From the NCBI GenBank assembly GCA_963422365.1, contig OY729426.1, positions 2,240,001 to 2,304,000 on the forward strand: DNA of 64,000 bases. Direction: 5' to 3'. The notes under the pieces were generated by a model. It searched no databases and was not told the DNA's origin. It saw only the letters and a list, made by a program, of their open reading frames with translations. The DNA is from Nitrospirales bacterium. Lineage in GTDB: Bacteria > Nitrospirota > Nitrospiria > Nitrospirales > UBA8639. Below are positions 30,352 through 40,834 of the stretch, piece by piece. Positions within the stretch are counted from its first letter, which is position 1, and each line of letters opens with the position of its first letter. The translations under genes were made by a program, and so were the position numbers.

Positions 30352-31970
30352 TTAATGTATTTCCACAAGACCTTGCAGCAATTCCAGACATTGCGGTTGA
30401 CGCAATTTTTTGAGAGCAGACGCTTCAATTTGGCGGATGCGTTCTCGCGTCACGCCAAAATCCTCGCTGATTTCTTCCAAGGTGTGCCCTTTGGCAAATC
30501 CAATCCCGAATCGTTTTTTCATAATGTATTCTTCCCTTGGCGTTAACACACCCACGGCCTTGCCGACTGTGCGTTGCGTATCATACCGTAATGCAGCCGC
30601 ATAAGGAGGAGAGACCTTCTGATCCTCAAAAAGGTCGCCCAAGCGAGTCTCTTCACAATCACCAACAAGGGTTTCCAGCGACACAGGTTCCTTAAGCTAT
30701 TCCATAATTTCCTGGGTCTTCTCTTCAGACAAATCCACATGTTCGGCCAGATCCTGAACGGTAGGCGGGCGCCCGTAGTGTTGCACCAATCTTATCAACA
30801 TCTTATTCAATTTTTAAATGGATTCATGCATATGAATCCGGGCTCCGGATCGTATGGGCTTGATCGGCTAGGACACGCGTAATTCGTTGCCGAATCCACC
30901 ACGTCGCATAGGGGCTGAATTTCTATCCACATTGATACTCAAATTTATCAACGGCTTTCATCAACCCGATGGTTCCTTCTTGAACGAGGTCTGAAAATTG
31001 AAGCCCTCGTCCGATATAATGCTTGGCAAGATTCACCACCAAACGCAGATTGGCTTGAATGAGCCTATTTTTTCCGTCTTCAACGTTTCGCTCAGCTCGG
31101 TCAGTTCTGTTTAAGATTTCCAGGAACATGCTGACAGGCAGACACACGACATTTTGCTCAACATCTTGCAGACAGTCCCAGATCTTACCAATCGAATCCA
31201 CTAACTGTTCGATCTCTTCCAGGGGCAAATCGGTCTTGCCTTGAAGCGCCCTTTTGGCCAACCGTGGCTTGGCGACTTGTCGAACAAGATCCAGGGCCTC
31301 ATCCTTCTCCATGCCAAGCTGTTGACCGCGATCGAAAATCTGTTGACGGTAGACACGAAGATCCTTCCCCAAGGCTTTCACCTGGGACAGCAATTGGCCT
31401 TGATACGCGTCAGTGAAATTCAAGGCTTGGATCTGGGCAACGATTCGTTGTTGCGTAGACTCGACGTGTTTCACAATAGGAGAGGAGTTTTCCTTTTTGA
31501 TGCCAGCTTGGCACATTTTTCTTGGTAATACCGTTGCAGAAATTTTGAAGCCCATCGGATGGCCAACAGTCCGCTCAACGTTCGATTGAGTGTATCCTGG
31601 TCTGCCGGTTGTCTACCCGCAGATTCAACGCGTTCCTCACCGGCCACACGCTCAAAGCTCAGCTCAAAGCTCACGACCGTGGACACGGGAATTTCATCTC
31701 GCCGCAAAGACTCACGGAGTGTCTCCAACTGCTTGCGAATCAAGGGAGGCCATAGACAGCCCATGCTAATTCAGCACTTCCTGCTTCAATCTGTTTGGCA
31801 AGCTGGGCTTCCTCTTCACGAGTCAATAACGGAACCTTGCCCATCTCCTTCAAAAACACCTGGGTGGACCCACGTGGCCCCTCTTCCTTCTGAGGAAGGA
31901 TCACCCTTGCCAGGCGTGAAGAAGGTTGCGGAAGATGAGAAGATGGACCTGAGAAATCTTTGGTCGCCAT
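30352..31970 (-). pseudogene. RpoD-like sigma70 factor with non-conserved region, disrupted
   Basis: Region 1.2 (FLKEMGKVPLLTREEE), region 2 ([33 protein letters not shown]), region 3 and region 4 (TLEEI...VTRERIRQIE) are split across frames with in-frame stops. Confidence 0.92.
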
Positions 31971-32073
31971 AACCAACGATGGTGTTTTTGGAGCAAGTTC
32001 CGGTTCCGCGATGTTTGGTAATAGGGACTGACGCACGGTACACCTATAGTCTTGATTCTTCATCCCGCGACTT

Positions 32074-32259
32074 TTATGCAGCTTGAGAGGCATGTTTCCT
32101 ATTGACTTGGTCCGGCACAGCATCCGATTTTTTTGAAGCTTTTGGATAGACCGTTTCTCCACAGTTCAAACACCGTAAGGTCTCAATACGGAGAAAAGGG
32201 CCATCCGGATCATAAAAATGATCTCTTACCATAAGCCCTTCACAACGTGGACATTTCAT
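32074..32259 (-). CDS. small zinc-ribbon protein (CxxC...CxxC)
   Basis: MKCPRCEGLM...RCLNCGE; strong SD AAGGAGG. Confidence 0.8.
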   Translation of the reverse strand: MKCPRCEGLMVRDHFYDPDGPFLRIETLRCLNCGETVYPKASKKSDAVPDQVNRKHASQAA

Positions 32260-32636
32260 ATCGTGTCCTCCTTCTTTCGACTATTCTGGACGACCAAGAA
32301 CGGTCATTGTAGATTTTTCCCCAACATACCATGCGTGTTTTTCACGACTCGCTTTATTCATAACCAATTTTTGCAGCAAATCAAGAGCCCCGTGCTATAA
32401 ATAATAGAAAAGTTTTTTGGTTCCCTCATCGGTTTGCTCAGGTTGTCCACCTCCTTCTTGTTGACGTAACTATTTGATGATTACTGAAAATGAGGCACAG
32501 AAAAGCCTTCAGGTGGCCATGGGACGTGTCCTTTCGCTCTCCTCCCTTGGATTGATTTCTGGCAGCCCTCTTTCATTTCATCATCTCCTTATCGCACTAG
32601 CCTGGGCCGGAGCCGGTTTGCTAGTATGCGTCTTCT

Positions 32637-33707
32637 ATGGAAATTGGCATTGTCGGGCTTCCCAACGTCGGCAAATCGACGATCTTTAACGCGCTGACGT
32701 CAGGCGGCGCGGCCGCGTCGAACTATCCCTTTACCACCATCGAACCAAACCTGGGCGTCGTTGCCGTTCCTGATTCACGACTGGACCGTCTCACTAAACT
32801 CTTCAAACCACAAAAAACGATTCCCGCCTTCTGCCGTTTTGTCGACATCGCCGGCCTGGTCAAAGGCGCGGCACAGGGCGAAGGACTCGGCAACAAATTC
32901 TTAGCCAACATTCGTGAAGTCGACGCGATTCTGCACATGGTCCGCCTCTTTCAGGATGCCAACGTGGGGCACACGTTAGGTCGCATCGACCCGAAGAGGG
33001 ACATCGACGTGATTGAGACCGAGTTAATGCTGGCCGATCTCGAAAGTCTCACGAAGCAATGTGCCAAAATCTCGGGCAAGGCAAGATCCGGAGACACGGT
33101 GTCAAAAGACGAGCTGGCATTACTCAATATCCTTAAGAAGGGACTCGAAGAGGGCAAATCCGCACGGACACTTGGGCTTGAACCCGAGAGTCTCAAAAAC
33201 TTCTTCCTGCTCACGGCAAAACCCATCCTCTACGTCGGCAACACCGACGAAACCCCTGACCCGGCTGTCGTCGCTGATTTCCAACTTTGTATCCAAAAAG
33301 GCGGTGTACAGTCGGTCGTCATCTGCGGCAAACTGGAAAGCGAAATCATTGAACTATCCAGCCAAGACCGCGACCTGTTCATGGCTGACCTGGGCATGGA
33401 ACACAGTGGGCTGGAACGGGTAATCGTGGCAGCTTATGAAACGCTGGGGCTCTGCTCGTATTTCACCGGAGGACCCAAAGAAGTCCGGGCGTGGACAATC
33501 CCCGTGGGAACGAAAGCGCCCCAAGCCGCTGGCGTGATCCACTCGGACTTTGAGAAGGGTTTCATCAAAGCCGATGTCTGCAGCTTTACGGACCTTGATC
33601 GATACAACTCAGAGCAGACGCTACGAGAGAAAGGCCTCATCCGCTCAGAGGGCAGAGAATACGTGGTGAAAGACGGTGATGTTTGTCACTTTAAGTTCAA
33701 CGTCTAA
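32637..33707 (+). CDS. ychF: redox-regulated ATPase YchF
   Basis: [29 protein letters not shown]-terminal TGS domain. Confidence 0.98.
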   Translation: MEIGIVGLPNVGKSTIFNALTSGGAAASNYPFTTIEPNLGVVAVPDSRLDRLTKLFKPQKTIPAFCRFVDIAGLVKGAAQGEGLGNKFLANIREVDAILHMVRLFQDANVGHTLGRIDPKRDIDVIETELMLADLESLTKQCAKISGKARSGDTVSKDELALLNILKKGLEEGKSARTLGLEPESLKNFFLLTAKPILYVGNTDETPDPAVVADFQLCIQKGGVQSVVICGKLESEIIELSSQDRDLFMADLGMEHSGLERVIVAAYETLGLCSYFTGGPKEVRAWTIPVGTKAPQAAGVIHSDFEKGFIKADVCSFTDLDRYNSEQTLREKGLIRSEGREYVVKDGDVCHFKFNV

Positions 33708-33814
33708 GTCTTCAAAAAAGCTGCATAATTTTTCAGTGACGGCCAAAAAGTTTTCGACTAACCGAAAGAATTCATCGTGACAAAATTGGCAGCACTTCTA
33801 TTGTATGGACTTCC

Positions 33815-34477
33815 ATGAACGCACTGTATTATCCCTTTCATCTGTGCCATGAACGCACCCTGGAGCTTCTCTTAAAAGAATATACGGTTGTGCACTTTCG
33901 CGATTTCATGGCCCTGCAACTGACGCCATTCATGGGAGCGATAGCCTTTCCTGATCGCATGGGCGACTACTATCCTCAACTTCTGGAAGCGGGTCGAATC
34001 ATCCAAGGTCACAATGTCAGTGGTACCTTACATCCGGATGTGATTTCAGCAATAGATCAAGAGTTAGCCGATCCAACATGGCGCTCCATTTTTCATGAAG
34101 CCATATCGGATGACGATCATTTTCAGCGTGCGTTGTTTGGTGAGTCGGAAATTCGAAAGCGAAAAAATATGGACTCCATAGAAATTTCATGGTTATCCAC
34201 GTTCAGGACACCTGATTGGCCAGCAACACCTTTTTCGGTCGAGTTGGTCAAAACCCTGAGCCGCAAGGTCCTTCCTCACAAAGACAACCCGGCTTTTGCG
34301 TACGGATGGGCATTAGTCAAAACCAGCGCAGCGTTGACCTATACACTTCAACTTTGTCACCAACTTCATGTAACGGCCGTGACGGATTCGGCTTCGCATC
34401 ATCGGCTGCTCACACAATCCTGTCAAAGAAAACAGATCGGGATCTCTCACGCCTATATCAAACGGGAAGGGTACTAG
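33815..34477 (+). CDS. hypothetical protein
   Basis: 220-aa ORF filling the gap between ychF and the convergent Sel1 gene; no recognisable family. Confidence 0.75.
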   Translation: MNALYYPFHLCHERTLELLLKEYTVVHFRDFMALQLTPFMGAIAFPDRMGDYYPQLLEAGRIIQGHNVSGTLHPDVISAIDQELADPTWRSIFHEAISDDDHFQRALFGESEIRKRKNMDSIEISWLSTFRTPDWPATPFSVELVKTLSRKVLPHKDNPAFAYGWALVKTSAALTYTLQLCHQLHVTAVTDSASHHRLLTQSCQRKQIGISHAYIKREGY

Positions 34478-34527
34478 GAACGTTTTCAAGAGAGGACTTC
34501 CTGTTTGAATTGGAAGGTTTTTCCCTA

Positions 34528-35136
34528 CTACAACACCGTCTCTGGGCCCTTCGACCTCCAGGCTTTGGCTAAGGTTTTGGCTTCTTCAATCTGAGCGGGT
34601 GTCATCTCGCGTTCCAACATGGATAAGGCTTGTATTGCCGGATCCATCCCCTGTTCTGCTGCAAGGAAGGCCCATTGATAGGCTCGGATGTAATCCTGCT
34701 TGACTCCTTCACCCTTGTAGAACATCAGCCCTACATGATTTTGCCCTGCTGCGTTACCCTGTTCTGCCGCTCGCAAAAACCACCGAAACGCTTTGCCGTA
34801 ATCTTTCGGAACACCCAATCCATAACGATAGAGTAATCCTAAGTTACTTTGCGCGGTCGGATGGCCTTGCTCAGCCGCTAGCCGATACCAGAGTCGAGCT
34901 GTCTCAAAATCCTGTACAATGCCTTGCCCCCATCGATACATAAACCCCAACATGTTTTGAGCTTCGGCATGACCTTGGGACGCAAGCGGGGCCCATTCCC
35001 GCATCGCGGTTTCGTAATCCTGTGCGAGATACGCATCTTCGCCCAGACGGAAATCCGCCCAAGATGGATAGACGCTGACCAGCAGCCAACCAATGGTAAC
35101 AACTACGGTTTTCCAACATCGCGCGTTCATCATCAT
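34528..35136 (-). CDS. secreted Sel1-repeat protein
   Basis: Signal peptide (...SWA|DF) and three AQ..LG.MY..G.GV..D...A..W...AAEQG repeats. Confidence 0.92.
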   Translation of the reverse strand: MMMNARCWKTVVVTIGWLLVSVYPSWADFRLGEDAYLAQDYETAMREWAPLASQGHAEAQNMLGFMYRWGQGIVQDFETARLWYRLAAEQGHPTAQSNLGLLYRYGLGVPKDYGKAFRWFLRAAEQGNAAGQNHVGLMFYKGEGVKQDYIRAYQWAFLAAEQGMDPAIQALSMLEREMTPAQIEEAKTLAKAWRSKGPETVL

Positions 35137-35336
35137 TTTCTTGGTTGTCCCCTCATCGTTGTAATCCCTGCCTGTCCGGTTCGCTATGATCTCGTTCATC
35201 GCATACTGCCACTTTCGTTTTATTAGTATACAGCATTGACTCCGAGAAATTTTCAACGGCCTCCTTCCTTATAATCTCGTGGATCTTCAACGCATGAAAG
35301 GGCTCTGGGCAGGACCGCTTCTTCTCCCCACCTAAT

Positions 35337-36305
35337 ATGGAAGACCCGCATGCCGATCCGACCAGCAGACCGTCCACCCACCTCCTGGGAATCGTTTTGT
35401 GAATCCCGCCTCGTCTACCTTTCAGCCCTTGCTGCCCCCATCGCCGAGCATCAACCGGCAAGATACCGCTCATCCTGCATGTCATGGTTGTATTGAATGG
35501 CATGCTGGCGTCCATGGATTGTATGTCTTGTTGACCATGTCCCGGTTAACAGGAAAACCTCCGTGGAGCCACCTTGCCGAATCACTGTTCATGCCTGAAA
35601 AACTAGATCGAGAATTCTCGTGTATTCAGAATGGTAGATTGAATCAAGAACTTCCCTATGGGTACGCGTGGTTCCTGAAACTTGCGCAGGATCGCAAGCG
35701 GTTTTTCCAAAAAGACGATTTACAAACGATCGCCAAGGAACTGGCCAGACCGCTTCAACAGTGGACCTTTCCTTATCCAGCAGTGACGTATTGACTCATG
35801 CACAACACCGCGCCTATGGGAATGTATCCTGGGCAGTGTTGAATTTATGGGAGTGGGCCCAAGGGAACAATGAAACGGGATTAGCTGAAGCATTGTCTAC
35901 ATTGACACGTGAGCCATTATTTCCCCGCGATCAAGCCATACCACCCTCCTTCGACCACCCGACAGATGAATTCTTCTCAGCCGCCCTGCACCGCATGCGA
36001 GCGATTCTCACCATCCTTCCCTGCAACGAGACCGCTACTTGGTTAAGCACGTATCTTCCAAAAGACTATTCAGTTAGAACCCGTCCACCGTCCAGACTTT
36101 CCCCATTCCGCCGGCCTCAATTTGAGTCGCTGCGGGGGCTTGTGGAATCTTTTTCAATACACAAGGAATCTCTTGTATCGTGACCGCAGGTTCAACACCT
36201 TGTCACACAGATGAACCATCCTGAATATTGGCGTGACCACGACACAAACTATATTGGGTCGCCCAGTTCGGAGTATATGCCTTCGCTGTCAGTCTGAACT
36301 CTTAG
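35337..36305 (+). pseudogene. DUF2891-like protein, frameshifted
   Basis: HPACHGCIEWHAGVHG, PYGYAWFLKL, HSAGLNLSR and terminal WVAQFGVYA lie in different frames; matches my recollection of the DUF2891 motif order. Confidence 0.75.
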
Positions 36306-36514
36306 GATCACGTTGTGTGGCCGTGCGCTAACTTAGCTTTTCGTGATACGTCTCGGTTGACAACCGATTTTGCTGGTAGGTAGAAATTCAACTTTGCAAG
36401 AAGAAGACTCGCGTTTTTTTCTGGACACTAACTGAGTATTTTTAATTAGGTAAATTGAAACTTCCTGTATCTGCACGACCCTTTTCTCATTATTCATTGT
36501 TTGGAGTCGCTCTC

Positions 36515-37090
36515 ATGCCAATTAACGCACTACGGAAACCAGGGGCAAAGATGAGTCTGCAGGAAGCTCTCGAACGAGTTGAAAAACTCAAACGTATGGC
36601 TGCAAGCAGCAACCCTCACGAAGCGGCCTCGGCCACTGCGCGACTCAAAGCCTTTGACGTCAATGCTGCGCGCACACCTCAACCAAAAGGCCAACCTGAC
36701 AAGACCGGACCAGTGACAAGCACGGAAAATAGCGAGATTGGGACTTCCAATCAGAAAATTGAAGTTCTCGATGAGTTACCCGTGATTCCTTACAAGGAAT
36801 TGGGGGAATTGGAAGTGGAACAGCTACCGGGGACATTGTCGGTGAATTGGGATGTGCTTCATGCTGAATTACTGGAACGAGCTCAACATATCAATGCCAA
36901 CGCCATTATCAATATTCAAATCAAGGGAACGATTCAGCAAAAAATCTTGACAGGGCTGGCACTTAAATATCTTTCGCCCCAAGAAATCTTAGACATTCAG
37001 GCAGCCAACAAATTAGAAGAAGACGAGAAGGCTTATCGAGAGGCGCAAAAGGAACGACGTGATGAAGATTGGGCCCCTCCCGTTGGGTAA
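36515..37090 (+). CDS. hypothetical protein with DUF2786-like N-terminal hairpin and YbjQ-like C-terminal domain
   Basis: ERVEKLKRMAASSNPHEAASA (DUF2786-like); PYKELGELEV...LLERAQHINANAIINI (YbjQ/heavy-metal-binding-like); SD GGAG. Confidence 0.6.
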   Translation: MPINALRKPGAKMSLQEALERVEKLKRMAASSNPHEAASATARLKAFDVNAARTPQPKGQPDKTGPVTSTENSEIGTSNQKIEVLDELPVIPYKELGELEVEQLPGTLSVNWDVLHAELLERAQHINANAIINIQIKGTIQQKILTGLALKYLSPQEILDIQAANKLEEDEKAYREAQKERRDEDWAPPVG

Positions 37091-37365
37091 GGGTAAATCC
37101 GAGAGCCGCTTCTCCCCTTCTGTCCTTCCCGCAGTTATTAGGGGGAATCCAGTATTTTTTGTCTCGGCGTCATCTCATAGAGCCTTCTTCCAAGGCCGCA
37201 TAAGATGTGGCCCTACGTATATGTTGTGCTTGTCCTGATCCTGATCTAAAGTGGATTCGTACCGTCGTGGCAGAATGAGAATTTTAGGAAAAGATTATCG
37301 ATAACGTTCTCGTCCCTTTGGTGAGGAATGAGGGAACCAGCTTGCGACGAGAACAGGAGCAACGC

Positions 37366-39054
37366 TTGGTGGAATTTCAATACCAGGAAATCTTTCAACA
37401 TGGAGCCGATGCAACGGCGTATCGCAAATTGACGGCGGACCATGTTTCCACCACCATTCTCCGATTAAAAACGTCGGAGACAGGCTTTGAAGAACAAGAA
37501 ATCCTAACCGTTCAGCCCGAAGCACTCACACTGCTGGCCCGTGAGGCCATGGACGACATCGCGCATTTGTTGCGGGCGAGCCACCTCAATCAATTGACCA
37601 AGATACTGGACGACCCGGAAGCCTCGGAGAATGATCGTTTCGTGGCATTGGAACTGCTTAAGAATGCCAACATCGCCGCAGGGCGGGTGCTACCGAGTTG
37701 TCAAGATACCGGCACGGCCATTGCCGTTGGGCATAAGGGGCAACAGGTGTTCACCACCGGCAATGATGCCGAAGCGCTCTCGCGCGGGATCTATGAAGCA
37801 TACGAGCAACGCCATCTGCGCTATTCGCAGCTGGCCCCCCTCGATATGTATACCGAGAAAAATACCGGCACGAATCTCCCTGCCCAGATCGATCTCTATG
37901 CCGAATCAGGTGCGGAATACCGTTTTTTGTTTATCGCCAAAGGCGGAGGGTCAGCGAATAAAACCTTTTTATATCAAGAGACCAAAGCCCTGCTGAATCC
38001 AAAATCTTTGCTCGCCTTTGTTGCGAAAAAGATTCGCACCCTCGGAACTTCCGCCTGCCCTCCCTATCATCTAGCCATCGTCATCGGAGGCCTATCTGCA
38101 GAATTCACCTTGAAGACCGTCAAGCTCGCGAGTTGCCATTATCTGGATGATCTTCCTACTTCCGGCAACCATTTAGGTCGTGCGTTTCGGGATCTCGACT
38201 TCGAAAAGGAAATTTTACAACTCTGCGCTGAAACCGGCATTGGTGCCCAATTTGGCGGTAAATATTTCGCACACGACGTACGGGTCATTCGCCTCCCGCG
38301 TCATGGTGCGTCCTGCCCCGTTGGTCTGGGCGTCTCATGCTCAGCCGACCGACAAATCTTAGGCAGAATTACCAAGGACGGTGTCTTCCTCGAACAACTC
38401 GAAACTAACCCCGCTCAATACCTTCCAGACGTGACTGAAAAGGACCTGGACAAGAAGGTGGTCAAAATCGAGCTGAATCGACCGATGTCGGCAATCCTCT
38501 CCGAGTTGCGCGAATATCCAGTGGCCACCCGGTTGTCACTCACCGGGCCTATTGTCGTGGCACGAGACATCGCCCACGCCCGGCTGAAAGAACAGTTGGA
38601 TGCCGGAAAGGGATTTCCCCAGTATTTTAAAGATCATGTCGTCTATTACGCCGGCCCCGCCAAAAAACCCGAAGAGTATGCCTCGGGTTCCTTTGGCCCC
38701 ACGACCGCTGGACGCATGGATTCCTATGTGGCTCAGTTTCAGGCTCTAGGGGGCAGCATGATCATGTTGGCGAAAGGCAACCGCTCCCAACAAGTGCGTG
38801 AGGCCTGCCGAAAGCATGGGGGATTTTATCTGGGCTCCATCGGCGGCCCTGCTGCACGGCTGGCCGAACATAGCATCAAAAAAGTTGAACTCCTCGAATT
38901 CGAAGACCTCGGTATGGAGGCGGTGTGGAAAATCGAAGTCAAAGACTTCCCCGCCTTCATCGTCATCAATCACAAAGGTCATGACTTTTACGCCGACCTT
39001 GACACCCAACGCCCACCCACACTGGTTCAACTCGGTGAGCAGGCAAAGAAATAG
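37366..39054 (+). CDS. class I fumarate hydratase (Fe-S, FumA/FumB type)
   Basis: [51 protein letters not shown] before 37366. Confidence 0.96.
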   Translation: MVEFQYQEIFQHGADATAYRKLTADHVSTTILRLKTSETGFEEQEILTVQPEALTLLAREAMDDIAHLLRASHLNQLTKILDDPEASENDRFVALELLKNANIAAGRVLPSCQDTGTAIAVGHKGQQVFTTGNDAEALSRGIYEAYEQRHLRYSQLAPLDMYTEKNTGTNLPAQIDLYAESGAEYRFLFIAKGGGSANKTFLYQETKALLNPKSLLAFVAKKIRTLGTSACPPYHLAIVIGGLSAEFTLKTVKLASCHYLDDLPTSGNHLGRAFRDLDFEKEILQLCAETGIGAQFGGKYFAHDVRVIRLPRHGASCPVGLGVSCSADRQILGRITKDGVFLEQLETNPAQYLPDVTEKDLDKKVVKIELNRPMSAILSELREYPVATRLSLTGPIVVARDIAHARLKEQLDAGKGFPQYFKDHVVYYAGPAKKPEEYASGSFGPTTAGRMDSYVAQFQALGGSMIMLAKGNRSQQVREACRKHGGFYLGSIGGPAARLAEHSIKKVELLEFEDLGMEAVWKIEVKDFPAFIVINHKGHDFYADLDTQRPPTLVQLGEQAKK

Positions 39055-39332
39055 AGAGCCTTGCAAACCATCGCATCTATCCAACTGGCTGATCCAGATC
39101 AGAAGCCTTGTTTGTGAATCTCTTGTCTTCTTGGAAGAAATGTGCTATCGTTGTCTTCATTCAAAGATGGTGGTCTGCGTTGAAGGTCGACAAAATGGCC
39201 ATTTATTAATCAAGTTTGCAATCGGAAATCTGATTGAAAGCTGACCTAAGCCGCCTTCTTCAGTTGCGTCTTCGGCCCATCCTTTCCTGTTTTTCGAGTG
39301 TAAATCCCCAATACTTTCAAAGGAGTTGCTCT

Positions 39333-39656
39333 ATGACGTTTAAAATTTATGTGGGCGGATTGCCATATCCGACAACCGAAACAGAATTAACGGATCTGTT
39401 TATCCAACATGGCAATGTAGATTCGGCAAAAATCATCACCGACAAATACACGGGCCGATCCAGGGGTTTTGGTTTTGTCGAAATGCCCTCGGAAGAAGAA
39501 GGTAAGGCAGCCATTACAGCGTTGAACGGCACACAATTAGATGGCCGTACTTTAACTGTGAATCAAGCCAGGCCTCAAGAAGCAAGGTCTAGTGGTGGTG
39601 GACGCGGTGGTGGCGGTGGTGGTTTTGGCGGCCGTGGCGGACGACACGATCGCTAG
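39333..39656 (+). CDS. RRM RNA-binding protein with Gly/Arg-rich tail
   Basis: RNP2 IYVGGL, RNP1 RGFGFVEM; SD AAGGAG. Confidence 0.96.
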   Translation: MTFKIYVGGLPYPTTETELTDLFIQHGNVDSAKIITDKYTGRSRGFGFVEMPSEEEGKAAITALNGTQLDGRTLTVNQARPQEARSSGGGRGGGGGGFGGRGGRHDR

Positions 39657-39674
39657 TAACGCTATGAGATAAGA

Positions 39675-39704
39675 GAGGGGAAAAGGCTTGATCCTTTTCC
39701 CCTC
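39675..39704 (+). terminator. stem-loop after the RRM gene
   Basis: GAGGGGAAAAGG-CTTGAT-CCTTTTCCCCTC, 12-bp stem; no clean U-tail. Confidence 0.55.
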
Positions 39705-40319
39705 CTCACCTCTCATGGTGGTAGGCCTGAAAGGCTGTTTCCAGCATCTGTAACACAATCCCCCAAATATGACGTGCCTCTCGCGTTTCGTTGGCGTAGA
39801 CGTACTTCATCAACGTTAGACTCCACCCTTCTATTCCATGAAGATGAAAACGAGTTGTTTGAAGTTCCAAGCAAATCTGTACGTCTCACCGTTGACTCAA
39901 CGCATGCCTTGCTTTGTGCATCCACTCGTCTATTCTGGTTTGTCAAAAATCAGCCATGCTCCGAAGGGTTGATTAGATGGTTCAGCCAAACACATCACCA
40001 TGAACGACGCCAGGACCCTTGAGGGTTGGATGGGCCAGACTCATCAATGGCGATTTCTTGGCATTGATGACCTTCAAAAGGGATTGGACTTCAGGCCACC
40101 CGACACAAGAAGGAAGCACAGGATCCACTCAGGATGAACTTTGATATCGACAAAGCTGGCTTCGGGGTACCGTCATTATTGGGCAACACGAAAGGCACAT
40201 GAAACATGTCCGTACTTTCCGAGATTGAGATGCCCATGAAGCCTCCACGATGAAGTGGGTTCGGCAGAAAAAGCCCTAACCCACCTTCGTTCAAGCATTG
40301 AGAATAATAGGGATATCAT

Positions 40320-40330
40320 CCCCCCCCCCC
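40320..40330 (+). repeat. C11 homopolymer upstream of a promoter
   Basis: Eleven consecutive C ending 8 nt before TTGACA. Confidence 0.9.
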
Positions 40331-40338
40331 TCAAACCC

Positions 40339-40368
40339 TTGACACACAGAGGGATCTTTCCTTACACT
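40339..40368 (+). promoter_or_regulatory. putative sigma70 promoter (TTGACA-N18-TACACT)
   Basis: TTGACA 40339-40344, TACACT 40363-40368. Confidence 0.55.
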
Positions 40369-40391
40369 CACACAAAAGGGTGAATGTTGTC

Positions 40392-40691
40392 ATGACTCGT
40401 CTATCGCGCATAGTGCTCATTCTCGGGGTTTTGACCTGTTTCCTAGTAATGAGCGGGGTGGTCTCCAGCCAAGCTGTCGCCCATTCCCTTCACCACGTCC
40501 ATCATAATGCAGCCACCCATTCGAATATTCTCTGCTCTCTTATGTGTGCGGCAGGCCAAGTGGTCAACGTAGCCGAGCCTATTTTTGATGCCCCGCTCAC
40601 CGTTCTACACGCCTTAGAAGTTTCTATCGTTCATCCAGTCACGCTTACCGTTCCAACGCTTCGCTTTTCTCGCGGTCCTCCCAGTTTCTAG
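40392..40691 (+). CDS. DUF2946/CruR-like His-rich leader protein with CxxxC and C-terminal RGPP
   Basis: Signal/TM segment, AHSLHHVHHNAATH, CSLMC, ends RFSRGPPSF*. Alternative GTG start at 40380. Confidence 0.8.
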   Translation: MTRLSRIVLILGVLTCFLVMSGVVSSQAVAHSLHHVHHNAATHSNILCSLMCAAGQVVNVAEPIFDAPLTVLHALEVSIVHPVTLTVPTLRFSRGPPSF

Positions 40692-40834
40692 TCTTTCCTG
40701 TAACAATTAGGAGTTGCAGCGTTATTTCCTGTCGAGGACGATCCCTCTACAGGAATGCTGTTTACTGCCATTTCACATAGTGAAGGATTGGTATAATCAA
40801 TTTCATTTATTTTTTTGCGAGAAGAGGTTTGGAA

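Noticed and set aside
39590..39645. GGT/GGC repeats
   Set aside because: They encode the ordinary Gly-rich tail of the RRM protein.
39713..40300. Possible small genes, pseudogene or ncRNA in a 600-nt gap
   Set aside because: The short ORFs I translated gave no recognisable motif or SD; only a small hairpin near 40256-40285 is present.
40297..40310. ATTGAGAATAAT as a Fur box
   Set aside because: Only one half-site matches; no inverted partner.
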